From NCBI GenBank assembly GCA_965223005.1, contig CBDCVK010000006.1:32001-96000 (forward strand): a stretch of DNA of 64,000 bases, given 5' to 3'. A model generated the notes under the pieces. The model was not told the origin of the DNA and did no database searches. It saw only the letters and a program-made list of their open reading frames with translations. Source of the stretch: Terriglobia bacterium (GTDB lineage: Bacteria > Acidobacteriota > Terriglobia > JAJPHL01 > JAPKYU01). The translations under genes and the position numbers were made by a program. This document shows, in pieces, positions 31,606 through 41,086 of this stretch (position 1 is its first letter; every line of letters starts with the position of its first letter).

Positions 31606-33105
31606 ATGAGGAAGGTCGTCCTATTCCTCCCACCGTACCCTGGTCCGGTCCTAGGCCCCCCGGTCGGTCTTCTGTGTCTGGCGTCGCCCCTCCGCCAAGC
31701 GGGATACCACGTAAAGATCATCGACTCCGCCTTGTTCCCGAACTATCTTGCGGCGATCGAACGCGAAATTCCGGACGCCCTCTGCTTCGGCATCTCCCTG
31801 CTGACTGGTCCTATGATTACCGATGCCATAGCCGCTGGCCATCTCGTCAGGGGCCTGCGGCCCGAACTACCGATCGTGTTCGGCGGATGGCATCCTAGCC
31901 TGATGCCAGAACAGACCTTGCGCGAAAGCTTTGTTGACGTTGTGGTGCGGCACCAGGGAGAGGTGACGCTTCTCGAGGTCGTCCGAAGGATCGACCAGGG
32001 CCGGAGCCTGGAGGGGGTAGCCGGTTGCTGGTTCAAGCGGAACGGCGGCCTCCATCAAAATCCCGATCGGCCTGCTGTGCCCATCAGCTCGCTTCCACCT
32101 CCCGCCTATGATCTCGTAGATTTCGATGCTTATGAACGCGTGACGGGCGAACGCAAACTGCTCTATGGCACCAGTGTAGGCTGCCCCTATGCCTGCCATT
32201 ACTGCACCGATACGGTCTTTTACAACCGGCGCTTCAACGCCTACAGCGCCCAGCGGGCGGAAGAGGAAATCACAGACCTAGTATCCCGCCACCGTCTGGA
32301 TAAGGTAGCTTTGCTGGATTCGAACTTTCTGGTGGATACACGGCGCACCGTGGAAATCGCACGAAGATTGCTCGCATCCGGCTTGCAATTCCAGTGGAGC
32401 TTTCAGGCCTCAACAGATCTGCTCTGCCGGCTGACGGATGAGGAAGTCCGCCTGCTGGGCGAAAGCGGCGTGAACCATATCGGGTTCGGCACCGAGTCGG
32501 GTTCGGAAGAAGTCCTGCTGAAGATGAACAAGCGTCACCAGCGGATTCCGGACATGTTCGAGACAGCACGCAAATGCCGGCAGGCCGGGATCCGCGTTAC
32601 CTTCAACCTCATCGTGGGCTACCCAGGAGAGACCGAGGCCGACCGCCAGGAAACCCTCCGGATTATGGGAGAAATCGGTGGACGCTTCGATAACGTCACT
32701 TTCTCGCCGAACGTATTCACGCCCTACCCCGGCATCCCCATCTGGCCGGAACTGCGACGCCTGGGGGTCAAGGAGCCGCAATCTCTGGAAGCCTGGACCG
32801 ACATCGCCCTGGGAACCAACCTATTACCCTGGTTGCAGGGCGAGCCGTACAGCCGCGTGAAACGGAGCCTGTCCTTCTTCCTGCTGAACAACGAGGTCAC
32901 CAAGGCGGTGCGCCGGACCCGGGCTTCACGCTTTCAACGCCTCCTGCTGCGGGCTTTCCGTCAACCGTTGCGAATGCGGATGAAGTATCAGTTCTTTCGA
33001 TGGCCCTTGGAGCTTTGGCTGGTCCACGCGAAAAACAAGCTGGTCGTGCGCCGTTCCCTGCTGACCGGGCAAGGCCTCGGTTACAGCCTGGAGAAGATTT
33101 GCTAG
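31606..33105 (+). CDS. B12-binding domain radical SAM protein 2
   Basis: PVGLL, GGWHPS, HQGE, SVGCPYACHYC, DSNF, GTESGS, FTPYPG. Confidence 0.92.
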   Translation: MRKVVLFLPPYPGPVLGPPVGLLCLASPLRQAGYHVKIIDSALFPNYLAAIEREIPDALCFGISLLTGPMITDAIAAGHLVRGLRPELPIVFGGWHPSLMPEQTLRESFVDVVVRHQGEVTLLEVVRRIDQGRSLEGVAGCWFKRNGGLHQNPDRPAVPISSLPPPAYDLVDFDAYERVTGERKLLYGTSVGCPYACHYCTDTVFYNRRFNAYSAQRAEEEITDLVSRHRLDKVALLDSNFLVDTRRTVEIARRLLASGLQFQWSFQASTDLLCRLTDEEVRLLGESGVNHIGFGTESGSEEVLLKMNKRHQRIPDMFETARKCRQAGIRVTFNLIVGYPGETEADRQETLRIMGEIGGRFDNVTFSPNVFTPYPGIPIWPELRRLGVKEPQSLEAWTDIALGTNLLPWLQGEPYSRVKRSLSFFLLNNEVTKAVRRTRASRFQRLLLRAFRQPLRMRMKYQFFRWPLELWLVHAKNKLVVRRSLLTGQGLGYSLEKIC

Positions 33106-33163
33106 GTGCCGGTTGGAACGCCGAAAGGAGGCAAGACCGGAAGCAGAATAGGGATCGAATCCG

Positions 33164-34606
33164 ATGGTCGATATCCTCCTGACCCATTGCAACCATCTGT
33201 TCTTTGATCCGAAGCAGGTGCGGAAGATGCAGCCCTATCCTCCGCTGCAGACTCTGCTGGCGGCTGCTTTTCTGCGCCAGGAAGGATTCGACGTCGCCCT
33301 CTTTGATTCCACGTGGAGTCCTCCAGAGGAGGGATTTCGATCCGCCATGGCGCGGCATCGCCCGCGCCTGGTGGCTCTGTGCGAGGACAATTTTAACTTC
33401 CTCTCCAAGATGTGTCTGGCGAGGAACCGCGAGCTGGCCTTTTCCATGTGTCGCGCCGCCAAGGAGGCCGGAATCCCGACTCTGGTCAACAGTTCGGATG
33501 CCTCTGATCACGTGGCGGAGTACCTGGACCGGGATCTGGACTTCGTCCTGGTAGGCGAGCTTGAGATCACATTGTTGGAGATTACGCGGCATCTGCTGGG
33601 TCGCTCTTCGCGCCCAATGGAAGAGATTCCCGGCCTAGCCTACCGTCATCCCAGGGAGCGCGAGATCCGTCGCAATGCGCCTCGGCAGCCGATGACCAAC
33701 TTGGACCGACTGCCACTTCCGGCATGGGACTTGGTCGAGATTTCCAAGTACCGCGACGCCTGGGTCAGGGCCCACGGCTATTTCTCCCTCAACATGGTGT
33801 CCAGCCGTGGCTGCCCGTATCGATGCAACTGGTGCGCTAAGCCCATTTACGGCCAGACTTCCCAATTCCAAACACCGGAGCGAGTGGCCGAGGAAATGGG
33901 TTGCTTGAAGTCGACCCTTCGACCTGACCACCTCTGGTTTGCCGACGACATCTTCGCCCTTTCCCCGGGATGGACCTGGCGATTCGCCGAGGAGGTGGAA
34001 AAGCGGCAGGCCCAGATATCCTTTAAGATGCAGTCGCGCTGTGATTTGATGACTCGCGATACGGCGGATGCCCTCCGACGCGCAGGCTGCACCGAAATCT
34101 GGATGGGCGCCGAATCAGGTTCCCAAAAAGTCCTGGACGCGATGGAAAAAGGAATCCGCGTCGAGCAAATTTACGAGGCTTGTGAAAACCTGCGGCGCCA
34201 CGGGATCCGTGCCTGCCTCTTCCTCCAGTTTGGCTATCCGGGCGAAACGTGGCAGGACATTGAAAATACAATTCGGCTGGTCAGAGAAACAAGACCCGAC
34301 GACATTGGGGTCTCGGTTTCCTATCCATTACCGGGAACCAAATTTTTCGATTTCGTTTCGGCCCAGCTTGGCGCCAAGCGAAACTGGTCCGATAGCGACG
34401 GCCTGACGATCATGTTTCGCGGAAGCTATTCTAGCGATTTTTATCGCGTTCTCCGCGATGCGCTACATCTGGAAGTTAACTTACGCAATAGGAGGTGCCA
34501 AAACGGCGACAACCTGCAACGGCTTCAACACTTGTGGTCTCGAGTCAGAAAATTGGAGAAAACTTGCGTTAACCCCAATCCCACACCTTTATGGACCTGT
34601 TGCTGA
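33164..34606 (+). CDS. B12-binding domain radical SAM protein 3
   Basis: PYPPLQTL, SRGCPYRCNWC, DDIF, GAESGS, GYPGE, SYPLPGT. Confidence 0.92.
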   Translation: MVDILLTHCNHLFFDPKQVRKMQPYPPLQTLLAAAFLRQEGFDVALFDSTWSPPEEGFRSAMARHRPRLVALCEDNFNFLSKMCLARNRELAFSMCRAAKEAGIPTLVNSSDASDHVAEYLDRDLDFVLVGELEITLLEITRHLLGRSSRPMEEIPGLAYRHPREREIRRNAPRQPMTNLDRLPLPAWDLVEISKYRDAWVRAHGYFSLNMVSSRGCPYRCNWCAKPIYGQTSQFQTPERVAEEMGCLKSTLRPDHLWFADDIFALSPGWTWRFAEEVEKRQAQISFKMQSRCDLMTRDTADALRRAGCTEIWMGAESGSQKVLDAMEKGIRVEQIYEACENLRRHGIRACLFLQFGYPGETWQDIENTIRLVRETRPDDIGVSVSYPLPGTKFFDFVSAQLGAKRNWSDSDGLTIMFRGSYSSDFYRVLRDALHLEVNLRNRRCQNGDNLQRLQHLWSRVRKLEKTCVNPNPTPLWTCC

Positions 34607-35976
34607 CCCACGGCTACTTCCTCTACGAGGATACAAAAGAGCTTCAGATCATGAAGCAGTACGTGACCCTGGGAATCCTCTATCTCTCTTCCCACCTGCG
34701 AGAAAAGGGCTTCGACGTAGAAATTTACGACAGCACATTTGGGTCTCGGCAGGAGCTTTTCCGGATTCTTGAAACTGGGCCGCCTTCGGTGGTGGGAATC
34801 TACGTTAACCTCATGACCCGCCGGAATGTTCTGGACATCGCGGCGGCTGCACGGGCGGCGGGGTGGACCGTGGTCCTGGGAGGCCCCGAACCTTCGAACT
34901 ATCCTGGCGAGTATCTGCAGGCCGGCGCCCACGCCATCGTCGAGGGAGAAGGGGAAGTGACGATGGAGGAGCTATTGCACACCCTGGGTCAGAAGGAGGC
35001 GCTGCAACGGGTAAACCGAATCATATTCCGGCGACGAGATGGATCCGTGGCCCGTACTCCACCCCGAGCCCTTATTCCCAACCTGGATGCACAGCCCTGG
35101 CCTGACCGCGAGCGGGTGGACATGGACCGGTACTTGAAAGTGTGGCGCGAACACCACGGCGCGGGCTCCGTGTCGGTCATCACGGCACGCGGATGCCCTT
35201 ACCACTGCCGCTGGTGCAGCCACTCCACTTTCGGCAAGACCCACAGGCGCCGATCTATCCAAAGTGTAGCGGACGAAGTGGCGTGGGTCCTCGAGCGCTA
35301 TCAACCTGACATGCTGTGGATGGCCGACGATGTCTTTACAATTCATCCCGGCTGGATCCTGGAATACGCCGCGGAGATGAAACGGCGTGGGTTGCGAATC
35401 CCGTTCGAATGCATTACCCGTGCTGACCGGCTGAATCCGCGCATCGCTGAGGCTTTGGCCGAGCTCGGATGCTTCCGCGTCTGGATCGGCTCGGAGAGCG
35501 GGTCGCAGCGGATACTGGATGCCATGCAACGAGGGGTGACGGTAGAACAGGTTCGCGAGTCAGTTCGTCTCTGCCAGCAGCAGGGGATCCAGACGGGTAT
35601 GTTTCTTATGTGGGGCTACAACGGAGAGGAGTTGTCGGACATTGAGGCCACCGTGCAACACGTGAAAAGCTGCCAGCCGGATGTGTTCCTGACAACAGTT
35701 TCCTACCCTATTCAGGGAACTCCTTACTATGACTAGGTGGCGCCGCGTCTGATGCAGGTCCGCGACTGGGCGGAGAGCACGGACCGCGAACTAAAGATCG
35801 CCGGTCGTCATTCCAGGGGCTTTTACCAGTTCGCTGACCAGTTGCTGAAGAGCGAGGTGACCCTACAGAAGTTGGGCAACGCTACAGAGGATTCTGCTGC
35901 TGTGGCCACGCTGCGAAGCCAGATCGAGACCGCCCGCCGTGGGTTACTGGAAGCCTACGGGGAAGTGGAAGCATGA
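34591..35976 (+). CDS. B12-binding domain radical SAM protein 4, interrupted by an in-frame TAG at 35734-35736
   Basis: LGILYL, GGPEPS, GEGE, ARGCPYHCRWC, DDVF, GSESGS. ORF 35737-35976 continues in the same frame and aligns with the C-terminus of protein 3. Confidence 0.88.
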
Positions 35977-36755
35977 GCGTTGCCGAAGCCTTTGATCAGC
36001 TGGCCCCCCGCTACGACGAGACGTGGACACGCTCTGTTGTCGGGCGCCTTCAGCGCGAGGCCGTCTGGAGAGAAATCGCCCCCCTCTTCCTCCCAGGAGC
36101 GCGGGTTTTGGATCTGGGTTGCGGAACGGGGGAGGACGCCTTGCACCTAGCTCGCGGTGGCGTCCGGGTCCATGCCATCGATGTTGCGCCGGGAATGGTC
36201 AAGATGACAAGGCAACGGCTGGAGTCGGACGGGCTTACGGGCCAGATCACGTGCGAAGTCTTGGCTGCCGAGGATCTTTTTCGCCTGAAAACTACAGGCG
36301 TATTTGACGGCGCGATCACAAACTTTGGCGTTCTGAACTGTGTTCGAGATCTCCGATCCTTGGCAGGGGAGCTAGCGCGGCTGGTTCGACCGGGCGGCCG
36401 GCTCGTGCTGTGTCCGATGGGGCGTTTCTACCTGTGGGAGACGATCTGGTATCTGCTGCGTGCCCGACTCGGCAAGGCCTTCCGCCGCCTGCGTCGCGGT
36501 GGCGTCACCGCTTCGGTGGGTTCTGGCCACTTTTTCCCGGTTTTCTACGCTTCGGTGGCCGACATCAGTGCGGCTTTTGAGCCATACTTCCGGCGAGTGG
36601 GTTTCCGGGGAATCGGGGTCTTTGTCCCGCCCCCTTCTGTAAAAGCCTCCCCTGGAGTATTCCGAGCATTGGTGTTGCTAGATCGGCTTTTCGCCGGCTG
36701 GCCGCTTCTGCGGGCCATAGGGGATCATTACCTGCTTATTTTTGTCCGAAGATGA
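35973..36755 (+). CDS. class I SAM-dependent methyltransferase
   Basis: AFDQLAPRYD, LDLGCGTG, NFGVLNC; ATGA overlap with the upstream stop. Confidence 0.9.
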   Translation: MSVAEAFDQLAPRYDETWTRSVVGRLQREAVWREIAPLFLPGARVLDLGCGTGEDALHLARGGVRVHAIDVAPGMVKMTRQRLESDGLTGQITCEVLAAEDLFRLKTTGVFDGAITNFGVLNCVRDLRSLAGELARLVRPGGRLVLCPMGRFYLWETIWYLLRARLGKAFRRLRRGGVTASVGSGHFFPVFYASVADISAAFEPYFRRVGFRGIGVFVPPPSVKASPGVFRALVLLDRLFAGWPLLRAIGDHYLLIFVRR

Positions 36756-36758
36756 TCC

Positions 36759-37730
36759 ATGGCTGCTACTTCCTACGCAACTTCGCCGGAAGCGGGGACT
36801 CCTGATCTCGGGAGATCTGCATTCTTGAGGCTTCGCTGTCCTGCCTGCCTCCGACCTTCCGTCCGGCTGCAAGAGGTCACAGCCGAAGGGATGGTTTGCC
36901 TCAGCTGCGGCTACGCGCTGCGCAAAACTGAGAACATTCTGCGGGCGCTCCTACCAGGGCGTCAGAAATATTACGAGCATTCCAGGAAAGAATATTCAAA
37001 GATCCGTCGGGCAGAGGGCCGAGGATCCGAGAATCCATCTTACTATCTCGAATTGCCCTATAGGGATTTGACCGGCCGGCGTCGCGACGAGTGGGCCATC
37101 CGCGCGAAGACCTATCGGTACTTTGAAACCCACGTGCTTCCGGCTCAAACTCTGGATATCCTCGACCTGGGTGCCGGGAACGGCTGGACTTCTCACCGGC
37201 TGTCCCGGCGAGGCCATCGGCCGGTGGCCGTGGATATCCTCACAGATCCGATGGACGGCCTAGACGCGGCCCGGCACTATGGCGGCTTTCCCCTGGTGGA
37301 AGCGGAGTTTGACCGACTGCCTTTTGTCGACGGCCAGTTTGATCTGGCCATCTTCAACTCTGCACTGCATTACTCGACCGACTACCATCGGACCCTGCTC
37401 GAGGCGCGGCGCTGCCTGCGACCGACGGGCCGCATCGTCATTCTGGATTCGCCAATCTATAAACAGCGAAAGCATGGGGAGCAGATGCGGCGAGAGCGTC
37501 ACGAGCGATTTGAGGCGCTTTATGGCTTCCGCTCCGACAGCATTCCCAGTCTTGAGTACCTGTACGATTCGCTGCTCAAGCAGTTGTCCAGCGACCTGGG
37601 GCTGAGCTGGCAAATCCACCGGCCCTGGTACGGGTGGGGATGGCACCTCCGCCCCTGGAAGGCGCGCCTTGGGGGGCAGAGGCCGCCCTCCCGGTTCTGG
37701 ATCCTCGTTGGGAGCTTTTCGCAGCCATGA
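36759..37730 (+). CDS. class I SAM-dependent methyltransferase with N-terminal Zn-ribbon
   Basis: LRCPAC...CLSC; LDLGAGNGW; FDRLPF; NSALHY. Confidence 0.88.
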   Translation: MAATSYATSPEAGTPDLGRSAFLRLRCPACLRPSVRLQEVTAEGMVCLSCGYALRKTENILRALLPGRQKYYEHSRKEYSKIRRAEGRGSENPSYYLELPYRDLTGRRRDEWAIRAKTYRYFETHVLPAQTLDILDLGAGNGWTSHRLSRRGHRPVAVDILTDPMDGLDAARHYGGFPLVEAEFDRLPFVDGQFDLAIFNSALHYSTDYHRTLLEARRCLRPTGRIVILDSPIYKQRKHGEQMRRERHERFEALYGFRSDSIPSLEYLYDSLLKQLSSDLGLSWQIHRPWYGWGWHLRPWKARLGGQRPPSRFWILVGSFSQP

Positions 37731-39187
37731 TCGTCCTTCTGCATCCCCGGGCCACCAGGCCCAAGAACCGGCGCTTCCCCCTCTCCATCCTTGCGGTGGC
37801 GTCGGTCATCGAGGGCAGGGAAGATTACACGATCGTGGATGGTAACGTCGATCCTCACCCCTGGGAGTCCCTAGAACAGATTATGAAAGAAACCCCAGCG
37901 GAGCTTCTGGCGGTTTCTGTGATGCCCGGGCCTCAGATGGGGGCGGCCATCCCGCTTTGTCGCGCGTTTCGCCAAAAGTACCCGTCGGTTCCGATTGTCT
38001 GGGGTGGGTACTTTCCTTCCCTTTATCCCGACGCAACTCTTAATGCCCCGTACGTGGATTTCGCAGTCCGCGGGCAGGGAGAAGACACTTTTCTCGAGCT
38101 GCTCGCTGCCCTGCGCGACAGCTGGGACTTTTCCCGGATTTGCGGCCTCTCCTACAAAGATCGTTGTGGGTTGCACGTCCACAATCCTGAGCGGCCGATA
38201 CGGTCGCCGGAAGATTTTCCCTGGTTCCCCTATCACCGACTGGATACTTCGAAGTACATCCTACCGACGTTTCTCGGTTCGCGCACCGCCGTGCACCAGG
38301 CCAGCATTGGATGTCCGTTCCGTTGCAACTTCTGCGGAGTAGTCCCCGTCTACGGCCGGCAGAAAGTGGAATCCCCGTCGCGCACTGCTGCAGTGCTGGG
38401 ACATCTGAAGGAGCACTACGGGGTGAACGCCATCCAATTTTATGACAACAATTTCTTCCTGCGCGAGGATCACGCTCGAGAGCTAGCGGACCGCCTGACG
38501 CCGCTGCAGATGCGTTGGTGGTGTGAAGGACGCATCGACACGGTGCTCCGATACTCCGACGAAACGCTGCGTACACTCAAACGTGCAGGCGCCACCATGA
38601 TCTTCTTTGGCGCTGAGTCCGGTTCCGATGCCGTGCTCCGGCAAATGAAGAAGCAACTCAAAGCCGAGCAGATCCTGGCTCTGGCCAAAAGGATCCGGGA
38701 ATTTGGGATCGTCCCCGAGTTTTCCTTTGTCTTGGGCAACCCACAGGATCCGGAGCGTGACACCGAGGAGACGATCGCCTTCATCCGGAAGATCAAGCGG
38801 ATCAACACCCAGGCCGAGATCATCGTACAGCACTACATCCCCACGCCTCAACGGGATGAAATGTACGGTGGGGTCGACGGCAAAATCCAATTCCCGACCA
38901 CCCCGGAGCAGTGGGCTACCGAGCGGTGGTACAACTTCGCCACCCGAACTGATCCGCAGCTCGCTTGGCTTCCGGGCCGGATCAAGCAGCGCATCGACGA
39001 TTTCGAACTGGTGGTGACCTCACGCTGGCCAACTATCCAGGATATCCGCCTAAAACACTGGGGGCGGACCTTCCTTCAATTGCTGAGTAGTTGGCGCTAC
39101 AGGCTCGGCGTTTACGGGTACCCGTGGGAGCTCCAGTGGGCGCAGAAACTCGTCCATCTCAGAAAGCCTCGGTTGGAAAGCCTTTGA
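37727..39187 (+). CDS. B12-binding domain radical SAM protein 5
   Basis: PLSIL, GGYFPS, GQGE, SIGCPFRCNFC, DNNF, GAESGS. Start at ATG 37727 overlaps the upstream TGA. Confidence 0.92.
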   Translation: MIVLLHPRATRPKNRRFPLSILAVASVIEGREDYTIVDGNVDPHPWESLEQIMKETPAELLAVSVMPGPQMGAAIPLCRAFRQKYPSVPIVWGGYFPSLYPDATLNAPYVDFAVRGQGEDTFLELLAALRDSWDFSRICGLSYKDRCGLHVHNPERPIRSPEDFPWFPYHRLDTSKYILPTFLGSRTAVHQASIGCPFRCNFCGVVPVYGRQKVESPSRTAAVLGHLKEHYGVNAIQFYDNNFFLREDHARELADRLTPLQMRWWCEGRIDTVLRYSDETLRTLKRAGATMIFFGAESGSDAVLRQMKKQLKAEQILALAKRIREFGIVPEFSFVLGNPQDPERDTEETIAFIRKIKRINTQAEIIVQHYIPTPQRDEMYGGVDGKIQFPTTPEQWATERWYNFATRTDPQLAWLPGRIKQRIDDFELVVTSRWPTIQDIRLKHWGRTFLQLLSSWRYRLGVYGYPWELQWAQKLVHLRKPRLESL

Positions 39188-39858
39188 AAGTTGCGCCGCT
39201 CGAAGGACACCGGCTCTGGTCTGAAACCTACGATGCCGATCCGAACCCGATGCTGGCGCTGGAATTCCGCATTGTCTCTGGAATGACGGGCAATCTGCTG
39301 GGAAAGCTCTTCCTAGACCTTGGTTGCGGAACGGGACGATGGCTAGCTGAGGCCCGAAGACAAGGTGCCAGGATCCTCGGTGTGGATCTGTGTCGCGACA
39401 TGTTGGTGCAAGCGGAACGCAAAGCGGGGCTTGCAGGTCGAGTAGCGCTGGCCGACGTTCGCCGCCTTCCCGTGCCGGATGGTAGCGCCGACGTGGTCCT
39501 GTGCGCCTTTTGTCTGGCATACCTGGAATCGCTGGCTACGGTGATGCAAGAACTGGCCCGGGCAGTAAAACCGGGGGGAGAGGTCATCACGAGCGACCTG
39601 CATCCGCAGACGCACTGCCGAGGTTGGACGCGCTCGTTTCGGAGCGGTTCTCAGGTTTACGAGATCGAACAACACCATTACACGGCCCGGGAACTTCTCG
39701 ATGCCGGTCACAGGGTGGGCCTGAAGCTGGAGGAGCTAGTGGAAGCTCGTTTTGCTGAGCCAGAGCGGGAGATCTTTCGCCGGGCAGGGAGGGAGCAGCT
39801 TTTCGACGAGCTGAGAGAAATCCCCGCCGTGCTGATCGCCCGGTGGAAGCGCCGGTGA
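39184..39858 (+). CDS. class I SAM-dependent methyltransferase (BioC-like)
   Basis: WSETYD, LDLGCGTGR, GVDL, SDLHP. Probable TTG start overlapping the upstream TGA. Confidence 0.87.
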   Translation: MKVAPLEGHRLWSETYDADPNPMLALEFRIVSGMTGNLLGKLFLDLGCGTGRWLAEARRQGARILGVDLCRDMLVQAERKAGLAGRVALADVRRLPVPDGSADVVLCAFCLAYLESLATVMQELARAVKPGGEVITSDLHPQTHCRGWTRSFRSGSQVYEIEQHHYTARELLDAGHRVGLKLEELVEARFAEPEREIFRRAGREQLFDELREIPAVLIARWKRR

Positions 39859-39868
39859 GGAAGCGAGC

Positions 39869-41086
39869 ATGGCCCGACAGCGCTCGTGGATTTTGAGTGG
39901 CGCCAGAGTGGCCCTTGGGCCGGCCCGGGCTAACAAGCGGGAGATTGAAATCCGGGCCGGGAAGATCTGGGCAATTCGGGCGCCGGGGGAACGGCGGCGC
40001 ACGCGAAACACGCCGATCCTGGACCTCCGCGGCCACTTGATCCTCCCCGGGCTGATCAACGCCCACGATCATCTGGAGCTGAACCTTTTCCCCCGCCAGG
40101 GTCGCGGTCCTTATCCGAATGCGGCGGCTTGGGCCCGCCACATCTACCGGCCCGGGGAATCTCCGATCAAGGATCACCTGCGGATACCCAAGGCCACGCG
40201 TCTTGTGTGGGGCGGCCTAAAGAACCTCCTCAGCGGCGTGACCACGGTCTGCCACCATAATCCCCGGGAGAACTCGATCTTGGACCGCAACTTCCCCGTC
40301 CGCGTGGTAAAGCGATTTGGATGGGCGCATTCCCTCGAGTTCAGCCCCGACCTGGCCGAGCGTTTTCGCCGAACCCCGCCCGGTTGGCCTTTCCTGGTGC
40401 ACCTGGGAGAAGCGACGGATAGAGCCGGCAGGTGCGAGGTCTTTCGGCTGGATCAGATGGGGGCCCTCGACCATCGTACAGTACTGGTTCATGCCGTCGC
40501 ACTGGATCGCCAGGGGTGGCGCCTCGTGCAAAGCAAAGCCGCCTCCGTGGTTTGGTGCCCCAGCTCGAATCTGTTCCTGTTGGGCCGCACGCTGACTCCT
40601 GGGGTGCTACGAAGCGGCATTCTTGTGGCCCTGGGCACCGATTCAGCGCTGACGGCGACCGGCGATCTTCTGGACGAACTCCGCGCAGCGCGGAGTGCCA
40701 GTCGTCTGTCGCGCGGCGATCTTTACCGCATGGTAACCGAACAGGCGGCACAGGTCTTGCGTCTGGAAAAGGGAGCGGGCAGAGTGTCAGAGGGAGGCCC
40801 CGCCGACCTTGTGGCCGTCCGCGACCGAGGACGAAGCCCGGCCGCAACACTCTGTGGCCTGGTGAGCCGGGGCCCTGAAATGGTTATGGTCGCCGGTCAG
40901 ATCAAGCTTGTTTCTCCTTCCCTGGCGGTTCAGCTACCGGCTTTCGTTCGTCGCCGCCTCTATCCGCTGGCCGTCCAAGGGAGAGGAAAAGCTCTGGTTG
41001 ACGCCAACGTTCCTGAGCTGCATCGCCGGGCGACTCGAGTGCTGGGTCCCGAAATTCGCGTCGCGGGAAAGCGGGTGCGGGCATGA
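39869..41086 (+). CDS. metal-dependent amidohydrolase (nucleoside/SAH deaminase-like)
   Basis: PGLINAHDHL (HxH), GVTT, VHLGE, VHAV, WCPSSN, ALGTDS, ADLV. Confidence 0.88.
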   Translation: MARQRSWILSGARVALGPARANKREIEIRAGKIWAIRAPGERRRTRNTPILDLRGHLILPGLINAHDHLELNLFPRQGRGPYPNAAAWARHIYRPGESPIKDHLRIPKATRLVWGGLKNLLSGVTTVCHHNPRENSILDRNFPVRVVKRFGWAHSLEFSPDLAERFRRTPPGWPFLVHLGEATDRAGRCEVFRLDQMGALDHRTVLVHAVALDRQGWRLVQSKAASVVWCPSSNLFLLGRTLTPGVLRSGILVALGTDSALTATGDLLDELRAARSASRLSRGDLYRMVTEQAAQVLRLEKGAGRVSEGGPADLVAVRDRGRSPAATLCGLVSRGPEMVMVAGQIKLVSPSLAVQLPAFVRRRLYPLAVQGRGKALVDANVPELHRRATRVLGPEIRVAGKRVRA

